From Eledone cirrhosa (Eukaryota): a stretch of DNA of 64,000 bases. The translations under genes and the position numbers were made by a program. The DNA is taken from the NCBI GenBank assembly GCA_964016885.1, contig OZ024741.1:110298001-110362000 (forward strand). Direction: 5' to 3'. Each line of letters opens with the position of its first letter. Positions within the stretch are counted from its first letter, which is position 1. The notes beneath the pieces were generated by a model. The model saw nothing but the letters and a program-made list of their open reading frames with translations. It had not been told where the DNA came from and did not search any database. Positions 24,218 to 34,249 of this stretch are shown one piece after another.

Positions 24218-27200
24218 ATGACCTCACTCAGAATAGGCAGCATAAATGCGCGTGGCTTGGGGTCGTCATGGAAGCAGGGTCACCTGCTCAACGACCTCAG
24301 GTCACTAAACATAGATGTAGTGGCCATCAGCGAGACCAGAATCTCCGAAGCACGGGCCTTCGCACCGATCTTCGGCGGCTACGATGTGTACGCATCTCCC
24401 AGCCGTCCTGGATCGGGTGGAGGAGTTGCTGTGCTTTTTCGGAGAGGTTTGGATCTCGCCATACGGGCCATCTTCCTGGACCCAGAGGGTAAGCTGGTGG
24501 TGCTGGACGTGACCAGCGGAGACGGGCAAGCTTTCAGGCTAGTGGCCGTCTATGCCCCGACAGGAGCAGGGCGGCCTGATTTCTTCCGGCGTCTGGAGAC
24601 CTTTCTTGGAACGTCGCGCTCTTTAGTGTTAGTGGGCGACTGGAACGGGATCTTAGATGCACGCTGGGACTGTGTGGGATTAGCGGATAGGGGTGGAGGG
24701 TGCAAGAGCCTCACCAACCTGCTCAGGCGTTTTGAACTGTCTGACAGGTACCGATTGGATTTCCCGAATGTGCCAATGTGGACTTGGACAAACCGCATAG
24801 GGTCATCCAGATCATATCTAGATAGAGTATTTTGTAGGGAAATAGATAGGTCTAGCATAGGCTGTCCACAATTCAAGATAGTCAGCTACACGGACCACAA
24901 ATTCGTGATCTGTGTGCTTGACTTAGATAGGCTTCATAGACGAGGACCCGGCTACTGGAAGCTAAACGCGTCCTTACCAGCGCGCAAGGCCTACAGAGAC
25001 CGGATTAGCGAACTAGTTAAGCGGGCGTTGACGGGGGCCATCGTCAACAACAAGTGGTGGTTTGCTCTGAAAAGAGCGATTAGAATAGAATCGATTAGGT
25101 TTAGTAAGGCTTTAGCAATAGAGAAAAATAGAGCAGAGGGAGAACTAGTTAGAAAATTAGACGAGGCGCTTAGCAAAGGCATTGCGACCGACGTGCTTGC
25201 GGCGAAATTGGCCCTTGACCAATTCTTCAATGCAAAGCACGAAGGCTGCGTTGTCAGAGCTAGGGTGCGTGCTCTCAGACACGAGGGGACGAAAGCCGTT
25301 CAATGGGCCCGAGTGGCGGAGGCGCGTCGTGGCAACAAAGCCACGATCCGGTCTTTGGTGGACCACGACGGGCGCATGCTACTCGATCCCGGGCAAATGT
25401 GTGAAGCTTTTCAGCGACACTTCGCTCAGCTGTTCGGGGGCAGCGGGGGGCCGGGTAGAGGGATGGACTTTAGTGTCTACCTCGACGGACTGCCGCGGCT
25501 CTCGGCCACTGAGGCGAAGTGTTGCGAAAAGCCGATAACAGCCGCTGAAGTAAGGGAGGCAATGACTGGCTGCACAAGGGGTAAATCGCCTGGTTTGGAT
25601 GGTCTGCCCTATGAACTTTACGTACAGATGCCAGACTTGTTCGGAGGCCTCTTGGCGGACGTCTACTGCAACTGGCAACAGAACGGGAGAATTCCCAGTT
25701 CTGTGAGCCGAGGAGCGGTGGCACTGCTGAGAAAGGATCCGAACAAGGGGGATAACATAGACAATTTCCGGCCCATAACTCTGCTAAACACAGAGTTTAA
25801 GATTTTGGCCAAGGTGCTAGCAAAGAGGTTGGCGCTTGTCGTTGGTGGTCTGGTGGGAGAGGCGCAGACATGCGCCATTCCCGACAGATCCATCCACGAC
25901 AACCTCCACCTCATGCGATACATCGTAGAGAGGGTAGCTAGGGAACCTGGCACGGGTGGGTCCTTGATCAATTTAGATCAGTCGAAAGCTTTCGATAGGG
26001 TCGACCATCGTTACCTAGCGGCAGTCCTGAGGGCGGCTGGCTTTGGGCCCGTCTTCAGAGGCTGGATCGCTGCCATGCACAGCGACATCTGCTCTGTGGT
26101 GAGAGTGAACGGTCACCTGTCGGAACCGTTCAACATCATGCGCTCGGTCCGCCAAGGATGTCCCCTCTCGTCCCTCTTGTACGTATTGACTCTCGAGCCA
26201 TTACTGCACAAACTGGAGACGTTGAGGGGAGTCCCGCGCGAACTAGGATGCGGAAGATCCGTGTCAGCATATGCGGACGATGTCACCGTAGTGGTGTCGA
26301 ACGCCAAACACATCGAGGCGATCGGCACTACACTAAGAGAATACGAAGCGGTGACAGGAGCAATGATCAACCAGGAAAAGTCAGTGGGCCTGCAGCTCGG
26401 CACCTGGAGAGGCAGGTCCATGCCGTCCAACAGCGTCGTCGGGCGCTGGACGGACGGACCGGTTAAATTGCTAGGGGTCTGGTTCGGTCCGGACCTCCAG
26501 ACGGACAAAAACTGGGACGAGGTGACGAGCAGGGTGGCTTCTCTCACCCAGAAATGGGCGGAGAGGAAGCTATCCCTGAAAGGTCGAGCGGAGGTGGCTA
26601 ACGCGTACATCGCGTCTGTCATCTGCTACCGCCTAACCGTCGTACCTTGTCCTAAGCCTCGCCTGACTGCGCTGGAGCGTTTGCTCTTTCGCTTTTTGTG
26701 GAAGGGACGTGCTCCGATGGTCAGGCGGTCCATCTGTTGTCAACACCCGCTACGTGGAGGGCTGGGCATGCCGTGGCTGATGATGCGCAGGCACGCGCTC
26801 AGGCTACGACATCTCCACCTCTTCCTCGACGGTGATCAGGTGTGGTCGCCGTTTGCTAGACGCGTTTTTCCCCAGCTCGTTTCCTTGACGGAGCTGCAGT
26901 CCTGGGTCAAGCGAAGACCGAGAGGGAGCGCCTGGAGACTGGAATGTCTTCAGGCGCTCACAGCCCTCGACCAATCGGGCAATGTGATCGGTGGAAACTC
27001 CACCTCGGCGTTCTATAGAGGATTAGTGGAGGGGAAGAGCGACGACGTACTTGGGGAAACTCTAGGCGTCGACGAAAATCAACTAGCCAATCTCTTCGGA
27101 AGAACCTTCGGGCCAGGGCCTATGGACAACTTCCAGAAATCTCTGGCCTGGCAGTGCTACCGAGGAGCCTTGCCAGTTCGGGATAAACTCTACAGGCATG

Positions 27201-27637
27201 GAGGTGCCGTCAGCCGGGCATGTCCGAGATGCGCGCAGGGCGACGAAACCGTCCTGCACGCACTCGTCCAGTGTCCGAAAATTGCTGACTTGTGGGTTTA
27301 TGTCGAACACCTGCTGTCGCGTTTAGGACGGATCCAGCTATCATCTGGGTCCATCGTGAGGATTGCCCCGCCCTCCTCCTTTAGCCGGGAAGGGCAGGCA
27401 GTTTTTATCTGTCTGGTGGCCATGGCGAAAGAGATAGTATGGTGGACACGTTTGAAAGGGCTGAAGACGAGCACTTACCTCTTCGGTGATGCTCTGATTG
27501 ACTTTTTCAAATTTCATTTGAAAAGGAAAATCAGAGTAGAGAAGGAAGTGCTCTCTTCCCAGCATTTTGTTGAAAGATGGGTGAGAGAAGCAAGAATGGC
27601 CCGAGTGAATGGGCCGACTCTGAGTATATATCTGTAA
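24218..27637 (+). CDS. ORF2: APE endonuclease, reverse transcriptase, zinc finger (1139 aa)
   Basis: SINARG, ISETR, YAP, GDWN, LDR, TDH; PGLDG, FRPITLLN, LDQSKAFD, RQGCPLS, YADD; CPRC-x8-H-x4-C. Confidence 0.97.
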   Translation: MTSLRIGSINARGLGSSWKQGHLLNDLRSLNIDVVAISETRISEARAFAPIFGGYDVYASPSRPGSGGGVAVLFRRGLDLAIRAIFLDPEGKLVVLDVTSGDGQAFRLVAVYAPTGAGRPDFFRRLETFLGTSRSLVLVGDWNGILDARWDCVGLADRGGGCKSLTNLLRRFELSDRYRLDFPNVPMWTWTNRIGSSRSYLDRVFCREIDRSSIGCPQFKIVSYTDHKFVICVLDLDRLHRRGPGYWKLNASLPARKAYRDRISELVKRALTGAIVNNKWWFALKRAIRIESIRFSKALAIEKNRAEGELVRKLDEALSKGIATDVLAAKLALDQFFNAKHEGCVVRARVRALRHEGTKAVQWARVAEARRGNKATIRSLVDHDGRMLLDPGQMCEAFQRHFAQLFGGSGGPGRGMDFSVYLDGLPRLSATEAKCCEKPITAAEVREAMTGCTRGKSPGLDGLPYELYVQMPDLFGGLLADVYCNWQQNGRIPSSVSRGAVALLRKDPNKGDNIDNFRPITLLNTEFKILAKVLAKRLALVVGGLVGEAQTCAIPDRSIHDNLHLMRYIVERVAREPGTGGSLINLDQSKAFDRVDHRYLAAVLRAAGFGPVFRGWIAAMHSDICSVVRVNGHLSEPFNIMRSVRQGCPLSSLLYVLTLEPLLHKLETLRGVPRELGCGRSVSAYADDVTVVVSNAKHIEAIGTTLREYEAVTGAMINQEKSVGLQLGTWRGRSMPSNSVVGRWTDGPVKLLGVWFGPDLQTDKNWDEVTSRVASLTQKWAERKLSLKGRAEVANAYIASVICYRLTVVPCPKPRLTALERLLFRFLWKGRAPMVRRSICCQHPLRGGLGMPWLMMRRHALRLRHLHLFLDGDQVWSPFARRVFPQLVSLTELQSWVKRRPRGSAWRLECLQALTALDQSGNVIGGNSTSAFYRGLVEGKSDDVLGETLGVDENQLANLFGRTFGPGPMDNFQKSLAWQCYRGALPVRDKLYRHGGAVSRACPRCAQGDETVLHALVQCPKIADLWVYVEHLLSRLGRIQLSSGSIVRIAPPSSFSREGQAVFICLVAMAKEIVWWTRLKGLKTSTYLFGDALIDFFKFHLKRKIRVEKEVLSSQHFVERWVREARMARVNGPTLSIYL

Positions 27638-27898
27638 ACTAAAGGTGGAAAACTGGGAGAGGGCACTTGCCTTGGTGGTCAGGGTCATTGTGGCTTTTTA
27701 CTGGGCTTTCTCCACAAATGTCCCTCCGAAGTCTCCCCCCTATTGGGGAATTTTTCATTGTTATTTTCATTGTTATTTTTGTTACATCCTCTATTTTTGT
27801 TTTTTTTACACGCAGAAATGCCCATTTGTACCGTCCTGCATTGTCCTGCACTGTCCTTAATGTCTACTTTATGTAAACCCTTGTGGTTAATAAAGAAA

Positions 27899-27948
<50 letters not shown>

Positions 27949-28161
27949 GAATGCCATGGTTGACGGAGGCTCGGCTCTGTAAGGTATAGTAATTTTTAAC
28001 CGTTAAAACAATTGTAAATTGTTTAAAACTTGAACCAAATTGTTGATAAAGACACCCTCCTCCTCGTGAGAGGGGTCTTTCTGTCCGTTATTTGGCCCTT
28101 CGGGGTTAAATAACCAGTTATTGGGGTTTTGTACCCAAAATTTCATTTTAAACAAAAAAAC

Positions 28162-30258
28162 ATGGCTACCAAAAAGAAATTTCATACGTCACTCCCACTC
28201 ATTCCGTCTTCTTCTTCCTCAATCATCACTACAGCAGAGAGAAGATTGTCTCTCTCCCTCCCTTCTTTAAATGTGTCTCTCTCCCTCCCTTCTCTTTCGC
28301 AAGCGACGAAAGAAAAGAAAAGTCTCGTGCAAAGCGTGCAAGGTTTCTCCACGACGACGACGACAGCGACGAAACAGGTGTGCGGGAAATACGAAAACCC
28401 AGTTCATTCGTCTGACGTCAGGAATAATAGCAGTAGCAGCCGTAATAACAACAGCAACAGTGACAATGAAAACAACAGTAGCAGCCGCAACAGCATCACC
28501 AGCAGCATAAACAACAACAGCATTAGCAGCAGCAACACCAACAACAACCACAGCAACAGCGGCGGAGGCAGTAGTCGTAGTACCTGCAGCAACAACAAAA
28601 GTACCAGCAGCTCTGACGACAACAACAACAGCAGAGAAAAACCAATCTCATTTGCAGGTATTGCGAAAAACCTGGAAACAATCCTCATAACAAATGAGGA
28701 ATTAGAGGAAGCGAAGAAGATGGTGACAAAGAACGGACACCGAGCAATCTGCAAGGCAGCGAAAAATTTTTTCGAAACCCAAGAGCACTGTACGGTCACG
28801 TACCGTACAGTAAGTACAAAATCCCGTAGGGTGGAAAGAGCCACAGAGGCCCAAATACAAAAAGCCTTGGGGTCTGTGTGGCAGAGGAAAACGCACATCA
28901 CCCGAGGCAAAAAATACGCCACCGTAGACGTACTTTTTGCCACACCCCAGGAGGCAAAGGCCCAATCAGTAGTGACCCTAAGGAGCGAGGAAATGGTGTT
29001 GGTGCCCTCCTACTGCGGGCAAAAAATTGTGAGGGTCAAACTGACCCACGTCCCCCCCGGAATGACCCCTTCTTGGCTGGCCGCGTCTGTCCTCGTCGGA
29101 ATCGAGGACAAAACAACTGTACTGCAAGTACAGAAAAAAGTAAGAGAAGATTGGGTCGGCTCCTCCATTGAGATGCTAATCCAAACCAACCAGGAGTGCA
29201 TCGAAGCTATCCCGGATGTGATAGACTTCGATAACGGCACTCAACTGCCCATAAGTGTTGAGGGCAAACGCCCGAAATGCTTTCGCTGTGGATCGAAGAC
29301 TCACCTCAGGGCCTTCTGCAACGAGAAGACCATGAGAAAGGAGAAAACCCCCCTCCTCCCGAATCCGGTTCCACGGCTACCAGCAACAGGACAAGCGGCA
29401 ACCAGGAACGATAGGTCCGTGGCACCCATACCCACTCCACGGAAATCAAAGACAGCAGCAGCAGTGGAAATATTAACAACAACAACAGCAATACCAAATG
29501 CAGCTGCAACAGAGACTCCAGTGCAAACATCACCAACAACAACAAGTGAAAGAGTGGAGCTGGTACCCCTCCCCGACCTTACAGAATCAGACATGGAGTG
29601 TGAGGTGGGAGAGGGATGGCAAAAGGTCTCAAGAAGGCACAAACGCAGAAGCAGCGCATCGTCGCCTTTGAAAAGGGAGGAAAGAAATGAGAAAAGGGTA
29701 AAGTCTACTGCAAAGAGACCCACAGCAGCAACACCACCAACACCATCACCACCCACACCAGCACCACCATCACCACCGGCGACAACCCCACCGCCAACAA
29801 CACCTTCAACACCACCACCACAAGCACCAACATCGCAAACACAACAACAAAACACACACACCCAGCAACAACGACAAGAAAATAGCAGAACCACACCCCA
29901 CTCCCAGAAAAACAAATGCACGGCAATAAACACACACAACAAGAAACTAATGACTTACATAATTGAACACACAGACATTTCACAACAGGACTACATAATA
30001 CCAGCACCAATCAAAACGCCAACTAACATAAGACTGCTAAAAATAGCACAGAAACAATACACAAACATTAAAACGAAATTCCCCAACGCAGTTGGTGATT
30101 TCAGGGACCTAGGAGGAACCATTAATCGAAGAGTATATTCAGACATTCTCTTAGAAGAGCCGACGACCAGCCGAAGGGACGATTCAACGGTCCCTTCACC
30201 AGACGATCAAGTGAAAAGGGATGTAAAAACCATCCCTCCTCTACCAAAAGTACGGTAA
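28162..30258 (+). CDS. ORF1 nucleic-acid-binding protein with CCHC zinc knuckle (698 aa from the ATG)
   Basis: First ATG (MATKKK); S/N-rich N-terminus, C-x2-C-x4-H-x4-C, P/T-rich linker. Confidence 0.9.
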   Translation: MATKKKFHTSLPLIPSSSSSIITTAERRLSLSLPSLNVSLSLPSLSQATKEKKSLVQSVQGFSTTTTTATKQVCGKYENPVHSSDVRNNSSSSRNNNSNSDNENNSSSRNSITSSINNNSISSSNTNNNHSNSGGGSSRSTCSNNKSTSSSDDNNNSREKPISFAGIAKNLETILITNEELEEAKKMVTKNGHRAICKAAKNFFETQEHCTVTYRTVSTKSRRVERATEAQIQKALGSVWQRKTHITRGKKYATVDVLFATPQEAKAQSVVTLRSEEMVLVPSYCGQKIVRVKLTHVPPGMTPSWLAASVLVGIEDKTTVLQVQKKVREDWVGSSIEMLIQTNQECIEAIPDVIDFDNGTQLPISVEGKRPKCFRCGSKTHLRAFCNEKTMRKEKTPLLPNPVPRLPATGQAATRNDRSVAPIPTPRKSKTAAAVEILTTTTAIPNAAATETPVQTSPTTTSERVELVPLPDLTESDMECEVGEGWQKVSRRHKRRSSASSPLKREERNEKRVKSTAKRPTAATPPTPSPPTPAPPSPPATTPPPTTPSTPPPQAPTSQTQQQNTHTQQQRQENSRTTPHSQKNKCTAINTHNKKLMTYIIEHTDISQQDYIIPAPIKTPTNIRLLKIAQKQYTNIKTKFPNAVGDFRDLGGTINRRVYSDILLEEPTTSRRDDSTVPSPDDQVKRDVKTIPPLPKVR

Positions 30259-30293
30259 GTGGTCTTTCCCATCTTTTCCACTCTATTTTAAAC

Positions 30294-33200
30294 ATGACCT
30301 CACTCAGAATAGGCAGCATAAATGCGCGTGGCTTGGGGTCGTCATGGAAGCAGGGTCACCTGCTCAACGACCTCAGGTCACTAAACATAGATGTAGTGGC
30401 CATCAGCGAGACCAGAATCTCCGAAGCACGGGCCTTCGCACCGATCTTCGGCGGCTACGATGTGTACGCATCTCCCAGCCGTCCTGGATCGGGTGGAGGA
30501 GTTGCTGTGCTTTTTCGGAGAGGTTTGGATCTCGCCATACGGGCCATCTTCCTGGACCCAGAGGGTAAGCTGGTGGTGCTGGACGTGACCAGCGGAGACG
30601 GGCAAGCTTTCAGGCTAGTGGCCGTCTATGCCCCGACAGGAGCAGGGCGGCCTGATTTCTTCCGGCGTCTGGAGACCTTTCTTGGAACGTCCCGCTCTTT
30701 AGTGTTAGTGGGCGACTGGAACGGGATCTTAGATGCACGCTGGGACTGTGTGGGATTAGCGGATAGGGGTGGAGGGTGCAAGAGCCTCACCAACCTGCTC
30801 AGGCGTTTTGAACTGTCTGACAGGTACCGATTGGATTTCCCGAATGTGCCAATGTGGACTTGGACAAACCGCATAGGGTCATCCAGATCATATCTAGATA
30901 GAGTATTTTGTAGGGAAATAGATAGGTCTAGCATAGGCTGTCCACAATTCAAGATAGTCAGCTACACGGACCACAAATTCGTGACCTGTGTGCTTGACTT
31001 AGATAGGCTTCATAGACGAGGACCCGGCTACTGGAAGCTAAACGCGTCCTTACCAGCGCGCAAGGCCTACAGAGACCGGATTAGCGAACTAGTTAAGCGG
31101 GCGTTGACGGGGGCCATCGTCAACAACAAGTGGTGGTTTGCTCTGAAAAGAGCGATTAGAATAGAATCGATTAGGTTTAGTAAGGCTTTAGCAATAGAGA
31201 AAAATAGAGCAGAGGGAGAACTAGTTAGAAAATTAGACGAGGCGCTTAGCAAAGGCATTGCGACCGACGTGCTTGCGGCGAAATTGGCCCTTGACCAATT
31301 CTTCAATGCAAAGCACGAAGGCTGCGTTGTCAGAGCTAGGGTGCGTGCTCTCAGACACGAGGGGACGAAAGCCGTTCAATGGGCCCGAGTGGCGGAGGCG
31401 CGTCGTGGCAACAAAGCCACGATCCGGTCTTTGGTGGACCACGACGGGCGCATGCTACTCGATCCCGGGCAAATGTGTGAAGCTTTTCAGCGACACTTCG
31501 CTCAGCTGTTCGGGGGCAGCGGGGGGCCGGGTAGAGGGATGGACTTTAGTGTCTACCTCGACGGACTGCCGCGGCTCTCGGCCACTGAGGCGAAGTGTTG
31601 CGAAAAGCCGATAACAGCCGCTGAAGTACGGGAGGCAATGACTGGCTGCACAAGGGGTAAATCGCCTGGTTTGGATGGTCTGCCCTATGAACTTTACGTA
31701 CAGATGCCAGACTTGTTCGGAGGCCTCTTGGCGGACGTCTACTGCAACTGGCAACAGAACGGGAGAATTCCCAGTTCTGTGAGCCGAGGAGCGGTGGCAC
31801 TGCTGAGAAAGGATCCGAACAAGGGGGATAACATAGACAATTTCCGGCCCATAACTCTGCTAAACACAGAGTTTAAGATTTTGGCCAAGGTGCTAGCAAA
31901 GAGGTTGGCGCTTGTCGTTGGTGGTCTGGTGGGAGAGGCGCAGACATGCGCCATTCCCGACAGATCCATCCACGACAACCTCCACCTCATGCGATACATC
32001 GTAGAGAGGGTAGCTAGGGAACCTGGCACGGGTGGGTCCTTGATCAATTTAGATCAGTCGAAAGCTTTCGATAGGGTCGACCATCGTTACCTAGCGGCAG
32101 TCCTGAGGGCGGCTGGCTTTGGGCCCGTCTTCAGAGGCTGGATCGCTGCCATGCACAGCGACATCTGCTCTGTGGTGAGAGTGAACGGTCACCTGTCGGA
32201 ACCGTTCAACATCATGCGCTCGGTCCGCCAAGGATGTCCCCTCTCGTCCCTCTTGTACGTATTGACTCTCGAGCCATTACTGCACAAACTGGAGACGTTG
32301 AGGGGAGTCCCGCGCGAACTAGGATGCGGAAGATCCGTGTCAGCATATGCGGACGATGTCACCGTAGTGGTGTCGAACGCCAAACACATCGAGGCGATCG
32401 GCACTACACTAAGAGAATACGAAGCGGTGACAGGAGCAATGATCAACCAGGAAAAGTCAGTGGGCCTGCAGCTCGGCACCTGGAGAGGCAGGTCCATGCC
32501 GTCCAACAGCGTCGTCGGGCGCTGGACGGACGGACCGGTTAAATTGCTAGGGGTCTGGTTCGGTCCGGACCTCCAGACGGACAAAAACTGGGACGAGGTG
32601 ACGAGCAGGGTGGCTTCTCTCACCCAGAAATGGGCGGAGAGGAAGCTATCCCTGAAAGGTCGAGCGGAGGTGGCTAACGCGTACATCGCGTCTGTCATCT
32701 GCTACCGCCTAACCGTCGTACCTTGTCCTAAGCCTCGCCTGACTGCGCTGGAGCGTTTGCTCTTTCGCTTTTTGTGGAAGGGACGTGCTCCGATGGTCAG
32801 GCGGTCCATCTGTTGTCAACACCCGCTACGTGGAGGGCTGGGCATGCCGTGGCTGATGATGCGCAGGCACGCGCTCAGGCTACGACATCTCCACCTCTTC
32901 CTCGACGGTGATCAGGTGTGGTCGCCGTTTGCTAGACGCGTTTTTCCCCAGCTCGTTTCCTTGACGGAGCTGCAGTCCTGGGTCAAGCGAAGACCGAGAG
33001 GGAGCGCCTGGAGACTGGAATGTCTTCAGGCGCTCACAGCCCTCGACCAATCGGGCAATGTGATCGGTGGAAACTCCACCTCGGCGTTCTATAGAGGATT
33101 AGTGGAGGGGAAGAGCGACGACGTACTTGGGGAAACTCTAGGCGTCGACGAAAATCAACTAGCCAATCTCTTCGGAAGAACCTTCGGGCCAGGGCCTATG

Positions 33201-33713
33201 GACAACTTCCAGAAATCTCTGGCCTGGCAGTGCTACCGAGGAGCCTTGCCAGTTCGGGATAAACTCTACAGGCATGGAGGTGCCGTCAGCCGGGCATGTC
33301 CGAGATGCGCGCAGGGCGACGAAACCGTCCTGCACGCACTCGTCCAGTGTCCGAAAATTGCTGACTTGTGGGTTTATGTCGAACACCTGCTGTCGCGTTT
33401 AGGACGGATCCAGCTATCATCTGAGTCTATCGTGAGGATTGCCCCGCCCTCCTCCTTTAGCCGGGAAGGGCAGGCAGTTTTTATCTGTCTGGTGGCCATG
33501 GCGAAAGAGATAGTATGGTGGACACGTTTGAAAGGGCTGAAGACGAGCACTTACCTCTTCGGTGATGCTCTGATTGACTTTTTCAAATTTCATTTGAAAA
33601 GGAAAATCAGAGTAGAGAAGGAAGTGCTCTCTTCCCAGCATTTTGTTGAAAGATGGGTGAGAGAAGCAAGAATGGCCCGAGTGAATGGGCCGACTCTGAG
33701 TATATATCTGTAA
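30294..33713 (+). CDS. ORF2 APE-RT-ZnF
   Basis: Intact 1139 aa, same motifs as copy 1. Confidence 0.97.
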   Translation: MTSLRIGSINARGLGSSWKQGHLLNDLRSLNIDVVAISETRISEARAFAPIFGGYDVYASPSRPGSGGGVAVLFRRGLDLAIRAIFLDPEGKLVVLDVTSGDGQAFRLVAVYAPTGAGRPDFFRRLETFLGTSRSLVLVGDWNGILDARWDCVGLADRGGGCKSLTNLLRRFELSDRYRLDFPNVPMWTWTNRIGSSRSYLDRVFCREIDRSSIGCPQFKIVSYTDHKFVTCVLDLDRLHRRGPGYWKLNASLPARKAYRDRISELVKRALTGAIVNNKWWFALKRAIRIESIRFSKALAIEKNRAEGELVRKLDEALSKGIATDVLAAKLALDQFFNAKHEGCVVRARVRALRHEGTKAVQWARVAEARRGNKATIRSLVDHDGRMLLDPGQMCEAFQRHFAQLFGGSGGPGRGMDFSVYLDGLPRLSATEAKCCEKPITAAEVREAMTGCTRGKSPGLDGLPYELYVQMPDLFGGLLADVYCNWQQNGRIPSSVSRGAVALLRKDPNKGDNIDNFRPITLLNTEFKILAKVLAKRLALVVGGLVGEAQTCAIPDRSIHDNLHLMRYIVERVAREPGTGGSLINLDQSKAFDRVDHRYLAAVLRAAGFGPVFRGWIAAMHSDICSVVRVNGHLSEPFNIMRSVRQGCPLSSLLYVLTLEPLLHKLETLRGVPRELGCGRSVSAYADDVTVVVSNAKHIEAIGTTLREYEAVTGAMINQEKSVGLQLGTWRGRSMPSNSVVGRWTDGPVKLLGVWFGPDLQTDKNWDEVTSRVASLTQKWAERKLSLKGRAEVANAYIASVICYRLTVVPCPKPRLTALERLLFRFLWKGRAPMVRRSICCQHPLRGGLGMPWLMMRRHALRLRHLHLFLDGDQVWSPFARRVFPQLVSLTELQSWVKRRPRGSAWRLECLQALTALDQSGNVIGGNSTSAFYRGLVEGKSDDVLGETLGVDENQLANLFGRTFGPGPMDNFQKSLAWQCYRGALPVRDKLYRHGGAVSRACPRCAQGDETVLHALVQCPKIADLWVYVEHLLSRLGRIQLSSESIVRIAPPSSFSREGQAVFICLVAMAKEIVWWTRLKGLKTSTYLFGDALIDFFKFHLKRKIRVEKEVLSSQHFVERWVREARMARVNGPTLSIYL

Positions 33714-33974
33714 ACTAAAGGTGGAAAACTGGGAGAGGGCACTTGCCTTGGTGGTCAGGGTCATTGTGGCTTTTTACTGGGCTTTCTCCACAAATGTCCC
33801 TCCGAAGTCTCCCCCCTATTGGGGAATTTTTCATTGTTATTTTCATTGTTATTTTTGTTACATCCTCTATTTTTGTTTTTTTTACACGCAGAAATGCCCA
33901 TTTGTACCGTCCTGCATTGTCCTGCACTGTCCTTAATGTCTACTTTATGTAAACCCTTGTGGTTAATAAAGAAA

Positions 33975-34036
<62 letters not shown>

Positions 34037-34249
34037 GAATGCCATGGTTGACGGAGGCTCGGCTCTGTAAGGTATAGTAATTTTTAACCGTTAAAACAAT
34101 TGTAAATTGTTTAAAACTTGAACCAAATTGTTGATAAAGACACCCTCCTCCTCGTGAGAGGGGTCTTTCTGTCCGTTATTTGGCCCTTCGGGGTTAAATA
34201 ACCAGTTATTGGGGTTTTGTACCCAAAATTTCATTTTAAACAAAAAAAC

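Larger units (their letters stand above)
21869..27948 (+). mobile_element. Tx1/L1-type non-LTR retrotransposon copy 1 (6032-bp body + (ATT)16)
   Basis: Starts GAATGCCATGG after (ATT)9; ends AATAAAGAAATC followed by (ATT)n. Confidence 0.95.
27949..34036 (+). mobile_element. Tx1/L1-type copy 2 (6028 bp + (ATT)20)
   Basis: Same termini as copy 1. Confidence 0.95.
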
